In this document: positions 23,091 to 32,428 of the stretch, one piece after another
Layout of the letters: each line of letters starts with the position of its first letter
How positions within the stretch are numbered: position 1 is the stretch's first letter
Origin: Limnochordia bacterium
GTDB lineage: Bacteria > Bacillota > Limnochordia > DTU080
Direction: 5' to 3'
Length of the DNA stretch: 64,000 bases
Assembly: GCA_050951545.1 (NCBI GenBank)
Contig: JBMNJG010000012.1
Location: 320,001-384,000 of the forward strand
Translations under genes and position numbers: made by a program
The notes under the pieces: generated by a model
Database searches by the model: none
The model's input: only the letters and a program-made list of their open reading frames with translations
What the model was told of the DNA's origin: nothing

Positions 23091-25373
23091 CTAGAGAAGA
23101 ATCGACACTTCGTCACGATCCATCTTTTCAATGGCAGAACTAACCTTTGCAGCCAGAGAGGTGTCTTCGCGGGCAGCATTGCGCACCTGGCGGAGGATAT
23201 CGATGGCCCGCCGGAAGGCGTAGACGATATCGCCTTCGTCAACAGGCAAGCCTTGCATGATCTCCGCGAAGCGCTCTCCGCGACTCCATCGGTTCGCTAC
23301 GTCCGCTAGGTGTGCGTGAAGGTGCATGTCAGAGAAACCCAGGTAGGCTTCTTCCATGCTCTGGATCAGGGCGATGGTGCGGCGCACAACTCCCTCATCG
23401 AACGAGCGTTGACGGGCGCGGCCTTCCCCCTTGCGAGGCTCATAGTCGAGTGACACGCACAAAGCATTGAGCTCATCCTCATTCCAGTCGTGGAATAGAC
23501 CGCGGAAGAAAAGCTCTGTGATCAGAAGCTCATGTCCGTTAATCTGTGCTGCAAACTGACCCCGTGCTGTCAGCTTGCCTTCCCGCAAGTAGTCCAGCGC
23601 CTCCAAGAGCGCACGCTTCTCACGGAACTCCTCCACGTAGGTATCTGCAGGTGAAACCTGCTTCAGCCGTCGTCTGAGCGCACTCAGTCTCGAAACTATC
23701 CTACGATACTCCTTGAGGGAAGCTCGACAAGCCGAGATCACCTGTGGCGAGCACTTCTTCGCGTCGATGCCCTGCAATTCTTTCCCTAGTTGGCGCGCGG
23801 AGTGCCGAAGCGCCTTGACATTGTTGCGCCCTTGAGCCTGACGTTGCTGTATGCGACGCTCGAGATCACCCAATCTGCGTCGTGTGCGCTGATACTGCAG
23901 TGGACAACTGCGAGAGTCCATGAGCTCGCAGCCCATCAGTGCCTGACGCTGTTTCTCGAGTGTGCCTATCTCACTCTGAAGGCGCTGACGCTCTTCAGAG
24001 GCCTGAAAAGAAGCGTAGTTTTTCTGGAGAACTTCCTCAATCTCTTCCTCAGAGTAGCTGCGTACCAGATTGAGCACCGTGTTGTAGCTAAGGGAAAACC
24101 TGCTGCGTAGGGGCTCTACGTCGCGTTCCTGCATAGAGGGGAATTCATTGGGGTTAAAGTAGTTCATGTCGACCAGGGCAAACACATACCCCTTGTCGTC
24201 AATGCCACGCCTACCCGCGCGGCCCGCAATCTGGAAGTACTCACGATTGGTTAGCGATCGAAACGTCGTGCCATCCCACTTGGTCATAGCATCAAAGCAC
24301 ACAGTCTTGCATGGGAAGTTGAGGCCCACAGCAAAGGTCTCTGTGCAGTACAGCACATACGTCAGCTTCTGCTCAAATAGCTCTTCTACGATATCTTTCG
24401 CTACGGGCAGCAAGCCAGCGTGATGAAAGCCAATGCCCCGCATAAGTAGCGCCTCGAGTTCACCTAGGCGGCGGACACCAGCGCCAGCATGCCGAACCAC
24501 CTGCTCCTCGATGACAGCCTTGACCTGCCGCTTCTGCCTCGCGTCAAGAAAGTCGAAATGCTCAGCCAGTTGCTTGGCGTGCGACTCACAGCGCCTGCGG
24601 CTAAAGGCGAAGAAAAGACAGGGTAAGTGCTCCTGTGTGAGCTCTGCCATCAGGTGCAAGTGAGTAGTGGGCGGGAAATCTCCCGCCAGCTTGCCAGAAT
24701 CGGTTACCCCGAGTTTGCGTGCATAGCGGCGAAAGCGATGAGTCAGTTGCTGGAGGGTAGTGAGACCCTGACCCGATTCGAAGAGCTGATGCTCCAAGGG
24801 AACCGCGCGCTCATAGTGGCGTATCACTTTTACGGTCTTGCCTTGCACGCTACTGATCCAGCGAGCCAACTCGTCAACGTTGGGAATGGTTGCCGACAGA
24901 CCAAGAAACTGCATATGGGGGGGCATGAAAATAAGGCTCTCTTCCCAGACACTTCCCCGAGTGGGATCATCGATGTAATGTATCTCATCGAAGATTGCGT
25001 GGGTCGCCTTCTGTAGACGATCAGGGTCCTGGTGCAACAGATTCCGGAAGATCTCGGTGGTCATGATAAGGACAGGCGCCTCAGGGTTGATCACCACATC
25101 GCCTGTTAGGATGCCCACGTGGTCTTCACCCAGGAGCTGTTTGAACTCCTTGAACTTCTGATTACTTAAGGCCTTGATAGGGGCGGTGTAGATGACCGAG
25201 TTTCCTGCTCGGAAGGCTCGCTCAATGAGGTAATCCGCGATCAGGGTCTTTCCTGTACCGGTCGGCGCTGACACGAGTACTGATGCGTTTTCCTCAATAC
25301 CCTGAATCGCCTTGATCTGGAACGGATCGAGTACGTACCCGCGATAGGTCGAGATAGTCATGGTATAGGACAA
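23091..25373 (-). CDS. Ski2/HelY-like DEAD/DEAH-box RNA helicase
   Basis: APTGTGKT, PIKALSNQK, DEIH, LSAT, HHAGLLP, TETFAVGLN, QIAGRAGRRG and a DSHCT-like C-terminus (EGDIV..R). Confidence 0.93.
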   Translation of the reverse strand: MSYTMTISTYRGYVLDPFQIKAIQGIEENASVLVSAPTGTGKTLIADYLIERAFRAGNSVIYTAPIKALSNQKFKEFKQLLGEDHVGILTGDVVINPEAPVLIMTTEIFRNLLHQDPDRLQKATHAIFDEIHYIDDPTRGSVWEESLIFMPPHMQFLGLSATIPNVDELARWISSVQGKTVKVIRHYERAVPLEHQLFESGQGLTTLQQLTHRFRRYARKLGVTDSGKLAGDFPPTTHLHLMAELTQEHLPCLFFAFSRRRCESHAKQLAEHFDFLDARQKRQVKAVIEEQVVRHAGAGVRRLGELEALLMRGIGFHHAGLLPVAKDIVEELFEQKLTYVLYCTETFAVGLNFPCKTVCFDAMTKWDGTTFRSLTNREYFQIAGRAGRRGIDDKGYVFALVDMNYFNPNEFPSMQERDVEPLRSRFSLSYNTVLNLVRSYSEEEIEEVLQKNYASFQASEERQRLQSEIGTLEKQRQALMGCELMDSRSCPLQYQRTRRRLGDLERRIQQRQAQGRNNVKALRHSARQLGKELQGIDAKKCSPQVISACRASLKEYRRIVSRLSALRRRLKQVSPADTYVEEFREKRALLEALDYLREGKLTARGQFAAQINGHELLITELFFRGLFHDWNEDELNALCVSLDYEPRKGEGRARQRSFDEGVVRRTIALIQSMEEAYLGFSDMHLHAHLADVANRWSRGERFAEIMQGLPVDEGDIVYAFRRAIDILRQVRNAAREDTSLAAKVSSAIEKMDRDEVSILL

Positions 25374-25382
25374 TGTCTGCAG

Positions 25383-25443
25383 CTCCCTTGAAAATCGTGT
25401 TGCGCTGTGCGGGCATGTCGGCGGCTTCCGACACGCGTACTCC
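25383..25443. repeat. repeat family A copy
   Basis: CTCCCTTGAAAATCGTGTTGCGCTGTGCGGGCATGTCGGCGGC followed by CCGACACGCGTACTCC; supplies the AAGGGAG RBS of the helicase. Confidence 0.8.
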
Positions 25444-25522
25444 TCCGCAGAACTCTCCTACCATAGTGATTAAGGATGCCATTACCGTCAGTCTAACACG
25501 TTAGTCCGGTTGGGATCCACTC

Positions 25523-25551
25523 TTGCGGCACTTTGCTTTCTCACGTATAAT
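25523..25551 (+). promoter_or_regulatory. sigma-A-type promoter of queG
   Basis: TTGCGG-17 bp-TATAAT. Confidence 0.6.
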
Positions 25552-25579
25552 CCGCCTTGATGAATAGGAGATCTGCCAG

Positions 25580-26701
25580 TTGCCACTTAGAGACGACCTT
25601 GAGCAGTATGCACACAGCATCGGCATCGATAGTTTGCGGGTAGCAGGCTCATATCCCTTTGCTAAGGAGGAGGCCCTTTTGGTACAAATGGCGGCCTCCG
25701 GGGAGTACCCGCGTCTTGCCCCGCAAGACATTCCCATGCGCTGTCACCCCAGGCAGATACTGCCAAACGCTCATTCCATTATCAGTGTAGCCGTTTCCTA
25801 CCTTCTCCCCGACCAACCAACCCATGAGGTCGAAGGCCCACATGGCTCGATCGCCCGCTTTGCTCGCGTAGGCGACTACCACACTATCTTGGCAGGAAAA
25901 TTGACTCAACTCGCTGCTCACTTGCAGGAAAAAGCAGGTAGGCCCATCCGATATCGCGTGTGCGTGGATAGTGGCCCCCTTGTAGAGCGCGCCGTCGCTC
26001 GGAGGGCGGGAGCGGGCTGGTTCGGCAAGAACAGCATGCTTTTCGTGCCCCGACTCGGATCTTGGGTGGTACTGGGGGAGATCATCACTGATCTGGCTCT
26101 TCCAGCCGACGAACCTGTTTCTCAGGAGCCCTGTGGAGATTGTCAGCGGTGCCAGCTGGCTTGCCCCACAGGAGCTCTCGCACGTCCGTACCGGGTAGAC
26201 GCTAGCCGTTGCCTTTCTGCCATCACCCAAACGCCCGGATACATCCCATGGCAGTTTCGCAAACTCCTGGGACGTCGTGTCTGGGGCTGCGACACCTGCC
26301 AAGCCGTGTGTCCTTGGAACATCCGAGCTGTTCCGGGCCGTCTCTCGTGGCCGCCCGGGGCCGAGGCAGAAGTGGATCTGATTCGCTTGCTGACCCTGTC
26401 AAAGGCGCAATTTGGTCGTCTTTTCGGAAATACCGCTATCGCTTGGCGAGGAAGAACGACGCTGCAGCGCAACGCAGCCCTCGCGTTGGGCAATCTACGC
26501 GATCCGTACGGCGTGGACGCGTTGGCGAGCCAACTGGATCACCCCAGTCCCGTTGTGCGCGAGACGTGCGCGTGGGCACTCGGCGAGATCAATGACTCAC
26601 GGGCCCGCCGTGCACTAGAGCGTGCTCGCCAGTGTGAGCGCGCCCCAGAAGTCCTGGAGACCATTCTCCGGGTCATGGGCAGGGGCTCTACTGCGGAATG
26701 A
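25580..26701 (+). CDS. queG: epoxyqueuosine reductase
   Basis: DYH, VDSGPLVER, GWFGKN, GSWVVLGEI, CGDCQRCQLACPTGAL, CLS, WGCDTCQAVCPWN and a C-terminal HEAT region. Confidence 0.95.
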   Translation: MPLRDDLEQYAHSIGIDSLRVAGSYPFAKEEALLVQMAASGEYPRLAPQDIPMRCHPRQILPNAHSIISVAVSYLLPDQPTHEVEGPHGSIARFARVGDYHTILAGKLTQLAAHLQEKAGRPIRYRVCVDSGPLVERAVARRAGAGWFGKNSMLFVPRLGSWVVLGEIITDLALPADEPVSQEPCGDCQRCQLACPTGALARPYRVDASRCLSAITQTPGYIPWQFRKLLGRRVWGCDTCQAVCPWNIRAVPGRLSWPPGAEAEVDLIRLLTLSKAQFGRLFGNTAIAWRGRTTLQRNAALALGNLRDPYGVDALASQLDHPSPVVRETCAWALGEINDSRARRALERARQCERAPEVLETILRVMGRGSTAE

Positions 26702-27401
26702 CAGCAAGCTTTGCTGGAATGTCCTTGAGAGAGATGATAGGTACGTAGCGAGGATGCTGCAGGTCCAACGGTGCTTCATCGTACTCCCATGTGGCATGCT
26801 GAACATGCAGCGCCCAAGCTCCTACGGCTAGAGCTGGCACGATATCCGCCCGTGGGCTGTTGCCAATCACGCAGACACGCGCGGGATCTCTGGTACCAAT
26901 GGCCCTGCGTAGGGAGTCAGCATCTTTCTCAGGTACCACACACACTCTGTCGATGAGCGCTCTGTAGCCCGAGCGCTCCACCTTAGCTTCTTGCACGCGA
27001 CTGTCTCCTGCGGTCCAGATAGTCACTTCCCATCCGCCCCTGCGCAAAGCGATCAGCAGGTCCCGGGCTCCGGGGTAGTCTGGCTGCGGTAGGTGCACTA
27101 CCTGTGCTGCCCGCCGGTATAGAGCACAGGCCACCTGCGGACATGCCTGCTTCCCGTACTCTCGAGCCACGTCGTGGAAAGTCTCTACCCATGCCTCTGG
27201 ATAGTTGTGAGGGTTTAGCCCGATGGCCCGGGCCTTAGCCAAATCGATCGCGTGTGCTCGCTTCCGCAGGCTCTCGATACACAGGTTTGCTGGTGGCAAG
27301 AACTCTAGGATCTGACGCGCGTTTTCTCGACTTGCTGCGTCGTAGAGGGCATTCGTAACCTTCAGGGTATCATCCCAATCCACGAAGGCAGAGCGTCGCA
27401 T
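26688..27401 (-). CDS. HAD-superfamily hydrolase
   Basis: FVDWDDTL, WTAGD..Q..K, IGNSPRADI. Confidence 0.85.
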   Translation of the reverse strand: MRRSAFVDWDDTLKVTNALYDAASRENARQILEFLPPANLCIESLRKRAHAIDLAKARAIGLNPHNYPEAWVETFHDVAREYGKQACPQVACALYRRAAQVVHLPQPDYPGARDLLIALRRGGWEVTIWTAGDSRVQEAKVERSGYRALIDRVCVVPEKDADSLRRAIGTRDPARVCVIGNSPRADIVPALAVGAWALHVQHATWEYDEAPLDLQHPRYVPIISLKDIPAKLAVIPQ

Positions 27402-27433
27402 GAAGAACCTCCTGTGCCGAACCTCAGACAGAC

Positions 27434-28405
27434 TCAGTCAACCACGAAAACTATGGCAAAGCGTCCAAGGAAATCGTACTGGTCGGTGGCCCTACGGATA
27501 CGCCTGCCATCCTCCTCACCCACAATAACCGCGGTCGGAGGACTCCCGGTCGCCTGTTGGGCATCCAACACAAGTGGCAGGCGCAGGGGGTATTCTGGAT
27601 TCACTGCGACGCGAGGATGGGCTGTGGCCTCCTCAAGCGATCGCACGTAGGCGACAATGCCTTTTCGAATCAGCTGGTCATAGGAGGCGCTCTCGCCAGC
27701 AAAGACGAGACGACCAAAGGCATCGTAGATTTTGGGGCTCATGCCGCGTTCGAGGCCAGTGCCTCGGGCGTCGATGACTAGGCCAGTGTAAAGAGGCTGC
27801 TGCTCTGTCTTTAGGCGTGCTTCCCATTCGCCAGCCAAACGCTCCATGACCGTATCGCTTGCGTAGAGGGCCACATCATCCCAGAAGACCATGGCCTCCG
27901 CAGTGCAACTGAGCACCACCTGAGCCCAGCCTTCGCTCGCGGTAAAGGCGAGCTCGATACGTTCCCACCCATCCCCGGACAAGCCTCGATAGATGCGAGG
28001 ATAGCCGTTCTGCATGCGCACGCCCAAAGATGCCTGAGCTGGGGTGTCTCCTTGCAGGCGTACCCAGGCGGAAAGCACGTATTCATTTCCGGTGGTAAGC
28101 GGTAGAAGAGGTTGCACCCATTCGGAGGCGTAGTCGGTCGGTGGCATCAGGCGAGCCGCATAGGCTGTCTCGTCAGCATTATCAGACGAAGGCCGCCCTA
28201 CTCCCTTTTCGATGCTGGCTCCAGCCCCACGAGAGATCCAGACTGCGGCCTCAGGCTGGTGTCCGCTCAGCCCAAACCCCCCATCTACCAGAAGGTTCTG
28301 GCTACTGACTCCAAGTGAGAAGAAAAGCACCAAACAAAGTATCCCAATGTACCGGAGTGACCGACAAGACACAAACACGGACTCCGACACCCCCCCGCAC
28401 GTCAT
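27434..28405 (-). CDS. secreted protein: carbohydrate-binding-like (CBM4/9-type) domain plus a conserved C-terminal domain
   Basis: Hydrophobic signal, NLLVDGGF, YVLSAWVR, WERIELAF, FWDDVAL, then YTGLVIDARGTGL..MSPKIYD; start uncertain. Confidence 0.6.
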   Translation of the reverse strand: MTCGGVSESVFVSCRSLRYIGILCLVLFFSLGVSSQNLLVDGGFGLSGHQPEAAVWISRGAGASIEKGVGRPSSDNADETAYAARLMPPTDYASEWVQPLLPLTTGNEYVLSAWVRLQGDTPAQASLGVRMQNGYPRIYRGLSGDGWERIELAFTASEGWAQVVLSCTAEAMVFWDDVALYASDTVMERLAGEWEARLKTEQQPLYTGLVIDARGTGLERGMSPKIYDAFGRLVFAGESASYDQLIRKGIVAYVRSLEEATAHPRVAVNPEYPLRLPLVLDAQQATGSPPTAVIVGEEDGRRIRRATDQYDFLGRFAIVFVVD

Positions 28406-28528
28406 TCTTACGGGATCTTCGACACACTGCCCGCCGGGCCCTTTCTCCCATGCAGAGGCAGGGCTTATTGTGAAGGGAATCCGGCGTTTCCGCCGGATCC
28501 CCGAGAGAAGGCACTCCACCTCGAATTC

Positions 28529-28846
28529 CTACTTGACGGTATCCTTGATCCACTCCACTAATTGAGCCTGCGGACGAACACCAACTGTGCGCCCTACCTC
28601 TTTGCCGTTCTTGAAAGCTATCAGTGTGGGGATGCTCATTACTCCGTACTTGCTGGCAGAAGCAGGGCTCTCGTCCGTGTTGAGCTTGACGACTGAAACA
28701 GTATCGCCGAGCTCAGCAGCCACTGCCTCCAGGATCGGAGCCAACTGACGGCACGGACCGCACCATGGCGCCCAGAAGTCGACGATGACTGGTTTTGTGG
28801 AGTCCAGTACAGTAGCCTTGAAAGTTGCATCTGTCGCTGTCTGCAT
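28529..28846 (-). CDS. trxA: thioredoxin
   Basis: VDFWAPWCGPC, YGVMSIPTL. Confidence 0.97.
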   Translation of the reverse strand: MQTATDATFKATVLDSTKPVIVDFWAPWCGPCRQLAPILEAVAAELGDTVSVVKLNTDESPASASKYGVMSIPTLIAFKNGKEVGRTVGVRPQAQLVEWIKDTVK

Positions 28847-28877
28847 TGGCTAGGGCCTAAGGGAATCGTTCCCTCGA

Positions 28878-29006
28878 GCCGACACCTCCCGAGAAAATGA
28901 TGTGATGCTGTGCGGGCATATCGGCGGCCTTGGATTTCCGCCAGCGATGGTGTCGGCAGCTGCTCTCAGTGTTCGCTGTTCTGTGACGGAGCAGCTTCTT
29001 ACCGAC
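28878..29006. repeat. long copy of repeat family A
   Basis: GCCGACAC-CTCCCGAGAAAATGATGTGATGCTGTGCGGGCATATCGGCGGCC...GTGTCGGCAGCTGCTCTC..GAGCAGCTTCTTACCGAC; aligns with 58007-58107. Confidence 0.85.
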
Positions 29007-29060
29007 AACATGCATTACGGCGTACACCTACCGCAGCCGTCTCTACTCCCGCGCGTCGTT

Positions 29061-29107
29061 GGCCGCCGACACGCGTACTCCCTTGAAAGTGTTGTTTCGC
29101 TGAGCGG
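29061..29107. repeat. repeat family A copy (left arm)
   Basis: GGCCGCCGACACGCGTACTCCCTTGAAAGTGTTGTTTCGCTGAGCGG. Confidence 0.75.
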
Positions 29108-29186
29108 CGGCTCCCCTCATATCAGGAAAAGCCAGATCTTCGTTATTCTAGCTTTTCCATATGCTAGCCGTCAACTCACATGCCGC

Positions 29187-29221
29187 AAAAAAGCGTCTCC
29201 CGGCCAAGCCAGGAGACGCTT
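29187..29221 (-). terminator. intrinsic terminator of metNIQ
   Basis: AAGCGTCTCC..GGAGACGCTT stem with a T-tract on the minus strand. Confidence 0.85.
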
Positions 29222-29251
29222 CGTGTGCTATGCCGTTCTGCCTGGAAGATC

Positions 29252-30067
29252 CTAGAAGGCTGGCACCACGGCGCCCTTGTACTTGCTGCGGATGAACTCC
29301 CTGACCGCAGAGGACTGCAGGGCTTTCGCTAGCTTGGCGATATCCGCGTTGTTCTTGTCGGCATTTCTTACAGCCAGTACATTGGCGTAGGGCGAATCGG
29401 CACCCTCAATCAGAATGGCGTCCTTTAGGGGATCGAGCTTGGCCTCTAAGGCGAAGTTGGTGTTGATTACCGCCGCGTCCAGATCTGGCAGTGAACGGGG
29501 TAGCTGAGCAGCTTCCAGCTCCCTGAATTTGAGGTTCTTGGGATTCCCGACGATGTCAAACACCGTGGCACTCAGGCCTGAACCTGCTTTCAGCTTGATC
29601 AGTCCGGCCTTCTGAATGAGCAGCAGGGCTCGTCCCCCGTTGGTGGGGTCATTAGGGATACCGATAAGTGCGCCGTTCTTGAGACTTTTAAGGTCCTTTA
29701 CCTTGCGAGAGTAGACGCCCATCGGTTCCACATGCACCTTGGCTACCCAGGTGAGGTTCAACCGGCGTTCTGTGGAGAAGGTCTCTAGATATGGAACGTG
29801 TTGAAAGAAGTTGGCGTTTAGTTCCCGATCTGCCAGAGCAAGGTTCGGGCGCACGTAGTCGGTAAACTCGATGATCTGCAGGTTGATCCCATCTTTAGCC
29901 AGAATCGGCTTAACTACGTTCAGAATCTCCGCATGCGGTACGGGGCTGGCCCCCACTTTGAGCACTTTTGCGGCAGCTCCCGCAAACACACTACCACCGA
30001 CAACGACCAGACACAATACAGAGAAAACGAGACTGCGACGACGGATACCTGCAAGACTCGACTGCAT
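29252..30067 (-). CDS. metQ: methionine ABC transporter substrate-binding protein
   Basis: LKVGASPVPHAEIL, DYVRPN, ANFFQHVPYL, PNDPTNGGRAL, AVINTN. Confidence 0.95.
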   Translation of the reverse strand: MQSSLAGIRRRSLVFSVLCLVVVGGSVFAGAAAKVLKVGASPVPHAEILNVVKPILAKDGINLQIIEFTDYVRPNLALADRELNANFFQHVPYLETFSTERRLNLTWVAKVHVEPMGVYSRKVKDLKSLKNGALIGIPNDPTNGGRALLLIQKAGLIKLKAGSGLSATVFDIVGNPKNLKFRELEAAQLPRSLPDLDAAVINTNFALEAKLDPLKDAILIEGADSPYANVLAVRNADKNNADIAKLAKALQSSAVREFIRSKYKGAVVPAF

Positions 30068-30105
30068 GTTCTTATTCCCCTTTCCTGATGCTGCAGATGA
30101 TCATC

Positions 30106-30807
30106 TTATCTCACGCGGTGATCCAAGCGGCGGGCCAACCTGTTGCCCAGTGCTTGCATCACTTGTACCAAGAGCACGAGAACCAGGACCGTGGCCAACA
30201 TGATGTCACCGCGAAAGCGCTGGTAGCCATAACGAATGGCCAAGTCACCGAGCCCGCCTCCTCCTACTGCGCCTGCCATCGCCGAGTACCCGATTAGGTT
30301 GACCGCAGTTATGGTGGCTCCCAGTACCAGCGACGGTAAGGCTTCCGGCAAGAGCACCTTCCAGATGATTTGCCTTGGTGAAGCTCCCATGGCTTGAGCG
30401 GCTTCGATCACACCGCTGTCTACCTCCAGTAGCGATGATTCCACCAATCTGGCCACAAAAGGAATGGCCGCTGCCGTCAAAGGTACCATTGCCGCTGCCG
30501 TACCTATTGACGTGCCCACGATAAGACGCGTGAGCGGGATGATCGCTACGAGCAAGATAATGAAGGGAATCGAGCGCCCGACATTGACGATGATGCCCAG
30601 TATCTGATTGAGCCAGGAACATGGCCACAAATGGTTTGGTCCAGTGATCACGAGAGCAATCCCCAGAGGTATTCCGCCGAGCTCGGCCAGCACGAGGGAA
30701 AGGCCTACCATGTATAGGGTTTCCTGCAATCCCTGTGCAAGCAGGGATCGCGTCATTGGGTTGAATACACCCTGTAGAAGATCTGCCACCTTGTCCACCC
30801 CCCTCAC
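30106..30807 (-). CDS. metI: methionine ABC transporter permease
   Basis: RSIPFIILL, GTSIG, EAAQAMGA, SAMAGAVGGGGLGDLAIRYGYQR. Confidence 0.95.
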   Translation of the reverse strand: MRGVDKVADLLQGVFNPMTRSLLAQGLQETLYMVGLSLVLAELGGIPLGIALVITGPNHLWPCSWLNQILGIIVNVGRSIPFIILLVAIIPLTRLIVGTSIGTAAAMVPLTAAAIPFVARLVESSLLEVDSGVIEAAQAMGASPRQIIWKVLLPEALPSLVLGATITAVNLIGYSAMAGAVGGGGLGDLAIRYGYQRFRGDIMLATVLVLVLLVQVMQALGNRLARRLDHRVR

Positions 30808-31940
30808 TTATCCAGCGCAGCGAATCGATCTGAGCGTATATGCTCGGAGTTGCCTAGGACCTCCACATCCACGCCAGCGCGACTGAGATGCAGCAAGGCT
30901 GCTTCCACGTCCGACGGCTCTCCTGCTAGTTCGACGATCAGGGTTCCCCACGGCTGCTCTTGCACGCGATCAATGCGGCCGTAGAGAATATTGGGCATTA
31001 CAGGAAGCTGCCGGGCTAGCTCAGCAATGATGGGTCTCTCAGCGACGTCACCAAGGAAGGTGAGCTTGACCAGCCTTCTACCCGGATGAGTCCCCCGATC
31101 TAGCAAAGCCGGAGGTATCTCAGCCTCCATCTGTCCCTTGAGCAGCCGACGAGCCATCTTGCTTTGAGGATGCGTGAAGACCCGTGGGGTGTCACCGACC
31201 TCGACCAAGTGCCCCTCATCGATGACCGCCACCTTATCGCAGATTTCCCGAATGACGCCGAGTTCGTGGGTGATCATCACAATGGTGAGACCCATACGTC
31301 GGTTGATGTCGCGTAACAGGTGCAACACCTGTAGCGTTGTCTCGGGATCAAGCGCTGAGGTAGCCTCATCTGAGAGCAGCACATCCGGTTCGTTCGCTAG
31401 TGCCCGAGCAATACCGACACGCTGTTTTTGACCACCAGAAAGCTGTGTTGGATAGGCGTCGGCTCGTTCGGCTAACCCCACAAGCTCTAGGAGTTCCCTC
31501 ACACGCACCTGAATCTGGGGCTTCGCAACCCCCGCAATCTCGAGTGGAAAGGCCACGTTGCCAGCTACGGTCCGGGACGCGAGAAGGTTGAAGTGCTGGA
31601 AGATCATTCCGATTCGCCGCCGCGCCACCATTAGTTCTGACCCGGACAGGCGCGTCATTTCCTGACCTGCTACCTCAACCACGCCGCAATCAGGCCGTTC
31701 CAGCATGTTGATACAGCGGATAAGCGTGCTTTTTCCCGCTCCTGAAAGACCCATGATGCCAAAGATGACTCCCCGGTCGATATCGAGGCTTATTCCGCTG
31801 AGGGCTTCGATGCGTCCAACACCCGAGCCGAAACTCTTGGCGACATCGCGCAAACGGATAATCGGTGAGTCCGTGGCACATGACGAACGTCCATCCGGAA
31901 AAAGAACAACCTCTCCGGATGGAAGAGGTTTATTTCTCAT
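30804..31940 (-). CDS. metN: methionine ABC transporter ATP-binding protein
   Basis: GLSGAGKST, FQHFNLL, LSGGQKQRV, DEATSALDP, C-terminal NIL domain. Confidence 0.95.
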   Translation of the reverse strand: MRNKPLPSGEVVLFPDGRSSCATDSPIIRLRDVAKSFGSGVGRIEALSGISLDIDRGVIFGIMGLSGAGKSTLIRCINMLERPDCGVVEVAGQEMTRLSGSELMVARRRIGMIFQHFNLLASRTVAGNVAFPLEIAGVAKPQIQVRVRELLELVGLAERADAYPTQLSGGQKQRVGIARALANEPDVLLSDEATSALDPETTLQVLHLLRDINRRMGLTIVMITHELGVIREICDKVAVIDEGHLVEVGDTPRVFTHPQSKMARRLLKGQMEAEIPPALLDRGTHPGRRLVKLTFLGDVAERPIIAELARQLPVMPNILYGRIDRVQEQPWGTLIVELAGEPSDVEAALLHLSRAGVDVEVLGNSEHIRSDRFAALDK

Positions 31941-31953
31941 AGTCCTACACCTC

Positions 31954-32068
31954 CTCTCATCTCCCTGGAGATAACAATGCTATCCCCAGCAGGAATTGGC
32001 ACCTGACGCCTATAGGCGCTGGTTGCCGGGCTTCATCGGGCCAGTCCCTCCACCTCTCTTGATAAGAG
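31954..32068 (-). promoter_or_regulatory. SAM-I (S-box) riboswitch aptamer
   Basis: CTCTTATCAAGAGAGGTGGAGGGACTGGCCCGATGAAGCCCGGCAACC...GGTGCCAATTCC...GATGAGAG; upstream of metNIQ; terminator at 31899-31930. Confidence 0.97.
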
Positions 32069-32102
32069 CTTCTCTATGCGATTGAAGATCAAGCTGGGTC
32101 TG

Positions 32103-32131
32103 AGTATACTCGCTTTTCCCTGGAGTGTCAA
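32103..32131 (-). promoter_or_regulatory. sigma-A promoter of the S-box/metNIQ transcript
   Basis: TTGACA-17 bp-TATACT. Confidence 0.85.
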
Positions 32132-32135
32132 TTGC

Positions 32136-32178
32136 CTCCTAGAAAATCGTGTTACGCTGTGCGGGCATGTCGGTAGCC
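32136..32178. repeat. repeat family A copy
   Basis: CTCCTAGAAAATCGTGTTACGCTGTGCGGGCATGTCGGTAGCC. Confidence 0.8.
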
Positions 32179-32428
32179 TAGTAGCCAATCTTCGCTGGCG
32201 GGTACGATGCGGGACACCTTCCCAAGAACATGTGGAGCGGGTTACATCATCAGATGCGTCTGACTTAGGCTCATTCACGGCTTGACGGTCCCCGGAAAGC
32301 ACCGCCGTCAGAGCGATGCACTCTAGTAGGGCACGATGAAAAGGTGCCGATTGCATGGCTCGATCGCCATGCAGACTGGTCTCATGGCGTCGCTGATGAC
32401 AGCAGTTGATCTAGTGATATGGTATCTT

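Noticed and set aside
19670-25373. MrfAB (YprAB) repair pair
   Set aside because: The helicase is Ski2/HelY-like, lacks the C-terminal Cys-rich DUF1998 domain of MrfA, and is not adjacent to the exonuclease
28878-29107. Possible CRISPR array suggested by recurring palindromic repeats
   Set aside because: The copies are degenerate and dispersed, have no regular unique spacers, and no cas genes are present
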